This document shows positions 54,316-64,000 of a stretch of 64,000 bases of DNA, piece after piece. Position 1 is the first letter of the stretch. Each line of letters starts with the position of its first letter. This DNA comes from Cyanophora paradoxa CCMP329. Lineage: Eukaryota; Plantae; Glaucophyta. The stretch lies in contig QPMI01000427.1 of NCBI GenBank assembly GCA_004431415.1, positions 1 to 64,000 of the forward strand. The letters run 5' to 3'. A program made the translations under genes and the position numbers. The notes beneath the pieces are model-generated. The model was given only the letters and a program-made list of their open reading frames with translations, searched no databases and was not told where the DNA came from.

Positions 54316-56298
54316 ATGCCCGCCCCTCGGCTTCAGCTTCGCATCCTGGTCGCAGCAGCGGCGCTCTTGGCCGCCCTGCCGCCCGCGCTGGGCGAGGCGT
54401 GGGTCGCCGACCAGTTCTACTCGGACGAGCTCACCACGACGCTCCCGCTGAGCCGCGGACAGCCGAAGTTCGTCGGCAGGACCTGCATGTTCGTCGGCCC
54501 GCGCGGCGGGAGCCCCAGCGCCCCGGACGCGGCCGTTTACGCGCCCCAGTTGTGCCGCCTCTTCTGGACTTTCCTGTGGGACGAGGCAGGCGGCTCGGGA
54601 GTCCAGATTTCCGTATACGGCGACCCGCGGCCCAAGGCGGGCGCCGCACCCCTCGACTCGTGGACGACCTCGTGGAACCGCGACTGGAACCGCGGCGTGC
54701 GCTCCTCGATTCGCTTTAATTTCCTCGATTCCATGGATTAATTATTCAATGGTTTCGTGCATGTAGGGCGGCGTGCCGGCGGACAAGACGTACGCGGTCA
54801 ACGCCGCTTCCGACCCCGCGATCTTCCGCACGCTGGACGCCCCTTACTTCGTCTTCGCGAGCATGGCGTCAGGCAGCGAGCAGCAGTCCCCCGTCTCGAT
54901 GTGGTTCGCCTCCTTTGTCCTGTACGCGACGACGGTCACGAGGACCCCGGGCGGATGGCTCGACGGCGCTGCCCCCGGCTCCTCCTCTGACTTTGTGGTA
55001 CGTGCGCACCAAATCAGACACCCCAAATATAGCTATAGCTATAGATCAACAAATTAGGGATATGATTATTTTCTTTATCCTGACGTCCACCGTCGGCCTG
55101 AAAAAAATGCGTGGAAAATCCCTTTAATTCCCCTCTTCATCGCTGAGTCAGTGAGCGCGCCCTGCGCATGCGCAGCTCCGAGCCTGCAACGTGGACGGCT
55201 TCTATATGTACAGCCTCGACCCTGACGGCCGCGCGTGCAGCCGCATCCAGGGGTGCGCGTCCGCGGTCGTTGTCGCAAATTGGGGGGCCGGGGGGTACAT
55301 TCGCGATCTAACCGCAGTTCGGGGGTACACACGCACACAGCGAGGTGCGGATCGACCCGGTAAATCCACTCTACAGCGGCCCCGCGAACGTCATCTTCCG
55401 AGTTCGCCTCTTCGACGTCTCGCAGGTTCGAGCACTCTTCTGTACCCCTCTTGTACCCCTCTGTACCCCCCACGAAAAAGAGTTCTCGCAGGTGCAGCGG
55501 GATCCGGAGAGCAAGGCGCCCCCCACCCTGAGGCCGGGCGCGGCGCCGCTGGCGGCCCGCTCCGAGGCTCGGGCCCCGCGAGCAAGACCGCGCCCTTCTC
55601 GTTCGCGTTCGGCCAGTCCCTCCCCGGCGGCCCCGCCGCCGAGAACGCGTCGGTCGCCGTTCTTTACAGGTTGGATCATCTTACTTTTCGAATGCAATCT
55701 ATATATAATTAGCCCGCGCGGACAGATCCGACTCGCCGGCGCTGTTTGTGGACCTGGAGTCCTGGACCCCTCCGCTCACCCCGACGTGCGGGGCGTGCGC
55801 GTGCCGTTCAGGTTCTCCGTGACGAGCACCTGCACGCGCCCCGCGGCCGGCGCCGCCTCGTCGGTCTACGCCCAGCGCGTCGCCGAATACGCCACGGTAC
55901 GGCCCGAGTTAGAATTAGTTTTATTAGATTGATCAGACTCACACGCATATTAAATTCGTGCCGCGGACTTGAGCTCTCAGTCTGATTGAAACTTCGATCA
56001 GCGCTCGGACCCGATGTCTCGGACGATTCGGCGGTGGCAGCGCAAGCGCGAGCGGCGGACTCTCAGTCGTGGCTATCGCCTTCATCGTGGTGCGCTCTTG
56101 CATTAAATATTATTTAATGGAAGATCGCGTGAAGTTAAGATTTAAATCGGGGGTGTACAGGTAGGGGTGGCTCTGTGCCTTGCCGTCGTCGTTGGGGTGG
56201 GCGTTTACTGCGTCCGTGCGCGAACGGGCGCCCGCCGGGAGGAGATGCAGAGGGGCCCGGCTGCGGGCGGCTACGGGCGGACTGCAGGACCCGTCTAA
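54316..56298 (+). CDS. Secreted/type I membrane protein of unknown function, multi-exon
   Basis: Signal peptide MPAPRLQLRILVAAAALLAALPPALG; C-terminal TM LSVVAIAFIV-VGVALCLAVVVGVGVYCV followed by a short tail and stop. Confidence 0.65.
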
Positions 56299-56774
56299 AA
56301 CGCGTGAGCTCGAGGCCGGCGCCGCCCGCGGCTAACGCCGCAGAAAAGTGATGTATACGTAGCAAGGCCTAGGAATCGAATTCGAACGTCGTAATGAGCA
56401 TTTCTACAACATCATTTTACAATTGGATCCGAATCGGACAATGCGAAATTCCTGAATGCAGCCAGGCGGAGCTCATGATCAGAACCCCGGGCCCTGCCCT
56501 GCCTAAGATACCTCCGACCCTTTCCAATAAAAGACACTAAGATACCTCCGACCGGCCCCGGCCCCCCTCCCCCCCTCCCCCCTCTTCCCCCTCCCCCTCC
56601 CCTCCCCTCTCTCCCCCTCCCCCCCTCCCCCCTCCTCCCTCCGAGGCTCCCCCCTCCCCCCTCCCCCTATTTTCCTCGGTCGATCTCGATCAAGCATGGT
56701 GCGCCCAGAAAAGCCCCTAATTATAATTATAAGCCCCTCGAGCTCCATTCCATTCAATAAGAAACACCACAAAC

Positions 56775-58975
56775 TCAGCGGACGGTCATGTGGCGCCACC
56801 ACTCGAGGGAGGCGTATCGCACGGGCGCGTGGTACCTGTGCCGCCCAAGCCCGGCCCCCGCCCCCGACCCGTCAGCGAGGCGGACGGACGGCTCACTAGC
56901 TGGCTCAAGATCACTAGTTTAGCGGCTTCGAAGGCTTAGCGCCGGAGAGCTCGAGCGCACCCGATCTCGTTGAGGAGGTCCATGCTGAGCCCGTCCAGCT
57001 CGAAGTCGAAGACCGAGCTGCAGGGGTACCCCCGTCGGCTCTAAAAATAGAAGGAAGAGGGGAGGGGGGAGGCAGGAGGAAAGGCTCTCGCACATGTTCT
57101 CGGCGAGGCGGGCGGGGTTCGCTGTCTTGGGGATGGCGGACATGTGCCCCGCCTGCCGCTGCAACGCCCACCGCAGCAGCACCTGCACGCCGTCGCGGTT
57201 CAAGAGAGGGACGGAAAGAATTATAGGTGGCGGACGAAAAAGCCTTATCGGGAGGGATGGTTTAAGATAGGTTTTCAGATGGCGTTGCGGTTCAAGATGG
57301 GGACGAAAGCCTTTAGCAAAGGGAAGCGAAAGCGGCACCTGCGCCGGGCTCTTCCCCACGCGCTTCGCCACCTCCAGCACCTGCGGGGGTAGGCGACATT
57401 CTTTCGTACGGACTTAAGGGGGGAGGGGGGAAAGGAAGAGGGGGTACCAGCTCGTCCTTCATGAGGACCGGCTGCCCGGGCTGCCGGATGGCGGGGTTGG
57501 CCCCCAGGGGGGAGTACGCCGTCACCTGCGAGAAAAAGTCAGATCCCGGGGTACGGCGTTTCGATTGAATCGAATCAATGGAAAAAACGCATGCGCACGT
57601 GGATGCCCTTGCTCTTGCAAAACTCGACGAGGTCGTCCTGGGGGAGATACGGGTGCGCCTCCACCTGAGAAAAAGGTCGGGGGGAGGGGGAGGGGGTACA
57701 CGCAGTGCTGGGGCGAAGGGGGAGGGGGGGTAGGACCTGGTTCACGGCGGGTACGATCTTCCAACCGCCCTTCTCGAGCTCGACGAGCTGCTCCGCTGAG
57801 AAGTTGGAGACCCCGATGGCCTGCTCCGGTACGGGTACGTGGTTTAGTAACCATTTGGCTTAAAAACTGTTGCAGAAGGGAGCGTGCGGGCCTTGGTGAG
57901 GCCAGCCTGGACCAGCTCCTCCATCGCCTGCCACGTCTCCAGCAGGGGTACCTCCACCGTCTCGACCTGGGGGGGGAGGATGTGAGAAGGGGTACAGCGG
58001 GTGGCGGGCGGTCAGGCGAGGTGGCGCGCGGCGTACCCCCTTTCCGGACGGGTGCGGGGGCATGAGCTTGGGGCCGGCCTTGAACGCGACGGGCCCTGAA
58101 CAGCGAGGGGACGGGCGGGGTACAACGTCAGCGATGCCCGCAGGGGGGTGAAGCCCCGGGGGCGTACAGTGGACGAGGTAGAGGTCGAGGCAGTCGACCT
58201 GGAGGTCCTTCAGGGTCCGCTCGATGCCTTTCCTCTGCAGCGCAGCGCAGATAAGTGAGCGAAGAGAAGAAGGGGGGTACGGAGGGCGGGGCGGGGTCCG
58301 CGCACGACCATGTCCCGCTCGTGGTACCTTCGGAGGGAGGGGCCGGGGCCCGGCCGGGCTTCGTCAGCCGCGGGCGGCGCCGTCGGGGAAGGAAGGAGTG
58401 CGGGACGCACGTGTTCCAGAGCTTGCTCGTGATGAATACCTGAGCGCGCGGCGCGGGCGGATCAGCGGCGGCGGCGCGGGCAGCGCTCCGACGCCGCACC
58501 TCGTCGCGCTTGAGGCTGCCGCGCGAGAAGACGGACTTCAGCGCCTGCCCGACCTCGGCTTCGTTCTCGTAGACGTGCGCGAGGTCCAGGTGGCGGTAGC
58601 CCTCCTTCTCCAGCGCCGCCTCGACCACGGGGCCGACCTGCCGGCCGCGCACGCGCCCGAGAGGCCGACGTCAGCGGCCGCCGCGGACCGCACGTGCGTA
58701 CGTCCGGTTCTGGGGCGCGCTAGGGCTCTTCGCGGCCCGGGCACGCCGCGCATGCGGCTTGGCATGACGGGCGCGGCCGTCCGCCGGCGCCCGCCGCTGA
58801 AAGCGAGCGGGACGCGCACCGTCTTCGGAGGAGACGCCCACGTTCCCAGGCCGAGCACGGGGATCTCGGCGCCCGTGTTGAGCTTCACCGTCGGGCTCTT
58901 CGCCGGCGCCGCCGCCGACATCCGACGCGCGCCCGCCCGCGCGCCCGCGGCGCGGACCAGCCTCAGGCCGAACAT
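56775..58975 (-). CDS. Aldo-keto reductase, multi-exon, with a possible mitochondrial presequence
   Basis: [96 protein letters not shown]. Arg/Ala-rich N-terminus [19 protein letters not shown]. Confidence 0.93.
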
Positions 58976-59076
58976 CCCGACGCCGAGCGTGCTGGGTCGA
59001 AGGGCCGACTTGCGAGGCACCTACAACGCGTACCCCTATCGACCAGCAAACTGAGCGAGCGAGCAAAGCAGCAGCG

Positions 59077-61019
59077 ATGGTGCAGTTCCAGGGACACGAG
59101 GTCGTTGAGCTGCGGGTGGGCTCCAGCGTCGCTCTCTTCAGCCCAGGTGCGCCCTGGCCGCAGGACGTGCGCCGACGTCAGCCCCCGCCGGTCGCGCTGG
59201 CGGTAGGCAACGTCGCATAGAGGAGGCCGAGGCGGCGCGCCGCTCGAATCTCGCTGCATTGCCCGGCCGCGCCGGGCCGGCCGTTTGGGACCCGGCGCAC
59301 GCAAGGCACCGTCGCCGAGCCCACGCCCAGCTGCGGCGCGGCGCGAGCGTGCCCGGATTCGATCCATTCTGCGCATGCATAGTTCGGCTAGCGCGCCTTC
59401 TGCCCGCCACGGGCCGCCGGCTGACGCGTACGCCGCGGCGCGCGCATGCGCAGAGCACGGCGCGCGCCTCCTCTCGTGGACCGTGGGCGAGCACCCGGTG
59501 ATCCACTGGCCCGCAGACGCGAACTGGTCCGCCGTGGCCAAGGTCCGCTTCGCTTTCCCGTCAGCCTCGCCGGAGCTCTGACCGCTGGCCGCGGCGGCGC
59601 AGGTGCGCGGGGGCAACCCCGTGCTCTTCCCCTTCATCGCGCGGCACATGCTGGACGGTGTGCAGGGCAAGTGGAAGGACGAGGCCGGCGTGCGCCCCTG
59701 CCCATAACCCGCCCCGAGCTCGAGCTTAAGCGTCGATTTTGAGAGCCCTGTACCCCGCAGAAGGTGTACGACCTCCCGGTGCACGGGTTCGCCCGCGAGT
59801 CGCGCTTCGAAGTCGTACCCGGCTCCCCCGCCAACACCCTCCGCATGAGATGCGCCCCGCCGCCCCCGTACCTCCCCCTCCGCCCCGCCCTACTCTTACC
59901 CCCCGCGCACGCTGAAGGACAGCGCGGCGACGGCGGCGGGGTACCCCTTTTCCTTCCAGTTCGACGTGGTGTACCGCCTGGCCTCGGAGGCCGAGCTTGA
60001 GGTCTCCTTCGAGGCCTCGAACACGGGCTCCCAGCCCATGCCCTACTACGCCGGTGAGCGCGTACCCCCCCTGCGGGCGTGCGCTCGGCATCACGATCCG
60101 GCCTGACGCCTTCGGATCCGCAGGGCACCACTTCTACTTCGCTGTGAAGTCGGCGGAGCGCGGGAACTGGACGCTGCAGCTGCCCTTCGACCACAGCGTA
60201 CCCCCCGCCCGCACCTCCGGGCTCCTGTACGCCGTGACGCCCCCGCAGGGCCGCCAGAACGCGGACGGCTCCGTCTCCTTCGGCGCTCTCGCCGAGAAGG
60301 TCCCGTACCCCTCTCTGCTCCGGAATTCTCGTACCCCTCGCCCTTCCGCCCCGCCTCACGTCGCCCCGCCTCAGGACCGGCGCACGACCTTCGCTGACCC
60401 CGCAATCAACGACCGGTGCGTACCCCCGCTGCTCGGAGCTCTGTACCCTCCTGACGTCATGCTCCATCGCCAGGTACCACCTCAACGACCCGAAGGTGGC
60501 GTATCCTCCCGCTGCTCCACCTTTCCTCCGAGCCGACGCGTACCCCGCCTCAGTCCGCGAAGGAGGGGCTCGTCGAGGGCGCCAAGGTGCAGGGGGCTCC
60601 GTACCCCCCTTCCCTCCCCTTCCCTGACTCCCGCTCAGGTGACATTCGAGAACGCCGCTCTGAAGCGCCGCATCATCGTCGCCAACGGTCCCATCGCCGG
60701 CTCCCCGCTCCGCCACACCGCGCCCTGGTACCCCCTCCACTTCTTGCCCCTCCCGGGTTCGCTTCCTCGCTCAGAAACCTGTACCCAGGTACGCCGTGAC
60801 CACGTGGACCGAGAAGCCCGAGAGCGACTTCTACTGCGTCGAGCCGGTACCCCCCGCCCCGCCGTCGATCCTGTACCCCGATCGCTGAAGGACGTTCCCC
60901 TCCCCCCGGCGCAGTGGCTGGGCCTGCCGAACGCGATCCACCACGGGCACGGCCTGCGGAGGCTGGCGCCGGGGGCCTCCGAGGCGGCCGTCTGCCACAT
61001 CCGCTTCGAGGCGCTCTAG
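59077..61019 (+). CDS. Aldose 1-epimerase (galactose mutarotase-like) family protein, multi-exon
   Basis: [50 protein letters not shown]. Confidence 0.88.
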
Positions 61020-61235
61020 ATATAGAGGAATCGAAGCCCAGGAGCATGTAGCTAAATAGGCCCCTGGCCGTGAGACAGAACAGGACTGGCCTTGCCCGTT
61101 GAGCTGCGCCCCCGCTCCCCTCCCTGCCCCGCGGCCTTGCCCTGCACACTGCACATTGCACATCTCTTCATTGCACAGCGCCAGCGCTGGCTGCTGTAGC
61201 AGACAGTCACCACCGGCAAGCCGGGCGGCTCCACT

Positions 61236-61822
61236 TCACTTGGCCGCCTCTGCGGGGGTCTTCGTCTGCGGGCGTCCGGATTCCCTGCGTCAGTGCTCGT
61301 GCGCTGCGGCGAGACAGCATGGCAGGCGGCCTGACAGTGCCGCAGTGCACCTTGAGGGCAAGCGCGTGAAGGCCGGCCTTGAACTCGTCCTGCGCGTCGC
61401 CGCGGACGCGTCAGACCGAGCGCGAGGCGAGCGGCGGGGCGGGGCGGGGCGGGCGGCCGCCTGCAGCAGGTCGTAGATCATGCGGTGCCGCTGGACGAGG
61501 GGCTTTCCCTCGAAGGCCGCGGACACGACCTCCACTTCGAAGTGCGTCTCCTTCGGGTCCCCGCCCAGCGCCTGCATGGCCGCGTGCTTCGCGTGCTTGT
61601 GGCTGTCGTCCTTGATGTTCAAGACCGTCGGCGAGAGCCCCTCTGTGATCTGCGGCCGGTTCGTCGCGCGTGAGCAGCGATCCACGCGCGACAGCGGCCA
61701 GCAAGCGCGTACGCACACTCGCGCACCTTCCTGCGCATCGCGTCTTGTACCGGACCCATCTGGTGTGCCGCTCGTCCTGCTGAGCTCGCTAGCCTGCGCA
61801 AACCCAACGCCGAAGCCAGCAT
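61236..61822 (-). CDS. BolA family protein (BolA1-like), multi-exon
   Basis: [59 protein letters not shown]; N-terminal presequence-like MLASALGLRRL. Confidence 0.92.
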
Positions 61823-62016
61823 GCGTCTAGCGCCGGCGGTCCGCTGTCGGCTGCACGTCCTCGACGAATGTACGCGGGTACCCGTCTGCGAGCAGCGAGT
61901 CAGCGACTCGGTCGCAAGCGATCCGCGCACCGCGAAGCGAGCTCGAAGCGCACCGTGTCACCGTAGCAATGCACCTGACAGTGCAGCGCGTCAGGACGTG
62001 TCCCGCGGGCGGCGGG

Positions 62017-64000
62017 ATGGCGGTAGACGTTCGAGCGCAGGCGCGCGTCGTCCTGGACGACGGCGTGACCGGCGCGGCCGCCGTCCTGGAGAGGCTCGTC
62101 GATCTGGACGGCTTCGACGACCTGCAGAAGGTCCGGGGGTGCTGCGCGGCCGCTCAACCAGTTTCGACTCAATCCTCATGCGCAGGACGATATTCGCCTC
62201 TTTTCGATGGATGGCTCAGAGATCCGCGACCTGCGGGCGCTCCGGCCGGACGAGGACGTGCTCATTCTCGCCGACGATAACCAAATCGTTCCAGCCCTGA
62301 GGGCCGGAGCATTTCTCGCCGCGCGCAATCGGGTGCTGAGGTACAATATCTTGCAGCAACCGCGTCTTCCTCTCCATTCTGATCACGCTCGCCGCGCAGG
62401 TCCGGGCTTGAGGAACACGGCCGCGTTGCGCACGCGGTCCCGCCGCGCGAACTCGATAGCGCGTTCGCGCGGTGCTCGGACGGCTCGTATCGCCTTTCCT
62501 CGCTCTCTTCCGGCTCTTCCTCTCTGCACCTCCCCACGCCCCGCGCGGCCTCCCCTCGCGCCTCGGACTCACCGGCCCCCGCCGAGGCGCGTAAGGGTCT
62601 CCTCGCCGCGCCGCTGGCCCTCGGCGACGCTGCGGACGTCGTTGCGAGCTCCTCTGCCTCGGAGCCCGACGAGTACGACGGCAGCGCCAGCCCCGCGGTC
62701 GAGATCGACTCGGCATTCGAGGACGACGAAGAAGAAGCAGAGGGGTGCGAACCTTCAGTGGCGCCGCCGGCAAGATCTGATTCTTGCGTTCCGCAGGCCG
62801 GCGCAGGAGCCTCGGACAGCTTCGCATGCGGCCCGCCGCGGCGGCCGAGGCGCGGGGAGCTCGAGGGCGCCGGGGCGCGGCCGCGGGCAGAACCGGCTGC
62901 GCGGGCGCTCCCACGTGGCCCGCAGGGCAGGCCCGGCTTCCCCGCGGGTCCGTGCCGATCCGCCGCCGGACGAAGACCGGCCGCAGCCGCAGCCGCAGCG
63001 GGCGCGCGCCCGCTCGCGCGACCGCAGCCGCGGGCAGCCGTCGAAGCGCGGGCGCGGCGGCGGCGGCGGCGGCGGGACGGAGGCGGCGGCCGCGGGATCG
63101 AGCGCCGCTCGCGTGCGACTGCGCACAGAGCGCGTGGGAGCCACGGGCGTGCCCTTCGCCACGGCCCCCGTGTCGCCCCCCGTGTCGTCCCCCGGCTCCG
63201 CCCCGCGGCCGTGGCCGCGGCCTCCCCTCGCCGCGGCCGCTCCGCGTCGGCCGCCGAGGCCAAGGCCCCGGCCGCAGCGCCCGCCCCCGCGGCCGCCGCC
63301 GACCGCCCCCGCCGCCGCGGCAGCGCCAGCGCCGGCCGCGCGCCTCGCGATCGGGAGGGCGTTGAGAAGGCGCGGAGCCCTCCGCCCAGCCCCGACGTCG
63401 ACTCCCAGCGGTGCGGACCGCGCCCTCGACCGCCCCTCTGATCCTCTGACGCCCTCGCAGGGACTCGACGTCGACGTCGACTTCGACGCCGGCCTCGGGC
63501 GGCTCGAGCGCCCTCTCCTCGGCGGGCCCCGCGCCGCGCCGCACTCCGCCCCTCCACGAGCGCCGCGCCTGGTACCCGCCCCCGCCTCCGCTTCCCGAAC
63601 GCCAAGTTTGAGCGGCCCCGGACTCGGCCCCCGCCCTCCGCCCCGCAGGTACTTTTCCTTCTACCGCTTCTGGATCGTGCGGGGCCGCCCCGTGGCGGCG
63701 TACCCCGTGGCGGGGGGGCGCCCCGTCGACCTCTACGGCCTCTCCTGCAAGGCGAGTTCTATGACTAATTTCGATGACTTGAGTTCGGCCTCTGGTTTCT
63801 GACGATCTTACGTTTAAAGCATCTGAAGCTCTTAAGCTTAAGTTTGATGATTCATTGCGATCTTAAGCTCGCTCTGGAGTTCGGCCCCTGGTTTCTGACG
63901 ATGGGCGCTGCGCGCGGGGCAGGTCACCGCGGCGAGGCAGCAGGGCGCGCTGGTCCGCCCCCACCCCCCCCCCCCCCCCACCCCCACCCCCCACCCCCAC
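62017..64000 (+). CDS. Multi-exon gene with a possible ARID-like domain (runs off the window)
   Basis: Exons MAVDVRAQ..., DGSEIRDLRALRPDEDVLIL, a low-complexity middle, then FYRFWIVRGRPVAAYPVAGGRPVDLYGL resembling the ARID 'P...g..vDLy.L' motif. Confidence 0.45.

Noticed and set aside
40200-64000. Many long Arg/Ala/Pro/Gly-rich ORFs on both strands (e.g. 41975-45097, 42586-44415, 62207-63802)
   Set aside because: Artefacts of very high GC and stop-poor introns; the real genes are spliced and switch frames.

Overview
The window has two very different halves. Positions 1 to about 31,300 are AT-richer, intron-free, densely packed viral DNA: two related, diverged Polinton-like virus (PLV)/Maverick-type elements lying tail-to-tail. 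Element A (1-7525, + strand, left end outside the window) carries a small basic AT-hook gene, a frameshifted primase-SF3 helicase, a protein-primed PolB and an rve integrase cut in half. Element B (7526 to about 31,300) looks nearly complete. It has an integrase, pPolB, primase-helicase, A32-type packaging ATPase, a probable double-jelly-roll major capsid protein, two penton-like paralogues and several fibre genes, no recognisable maturation protease, and a 304-bp inverted repeat at its ends. The most striking undescribed features are: (i) an iteron-filled palindrome about 90 bp downstream of each primase-helicase gene, with a different iteron in each element and re-used inside element B's terminal repeats (a candidate P4/SaPI-like origin); (ii) a pPolB whose proofreading exonuclease appears collapsed in both copies; (iii) phage-like and membrane-anchored fibre genes. 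From about 31,600 to 64,000 is very GC-rich, intron-dense eukaryotic (protist/algal) host DNA. It holds a decayed DIRS-type tyrosine-recombinase retrotransposon, a DUF4062-NACHT-TPR gene, a Zn alcohol dehydrogenase, a type I membrane protein, an aldo-keto reductase, an aldose 1-epimerase, BolA and a partial ARID-like gene. The host DNA shows frequent GC-AG introns and many palindromic micro-insertions that look like transposon excision footprints. All family assignments come from motifs recognised by eye; no database search was run.
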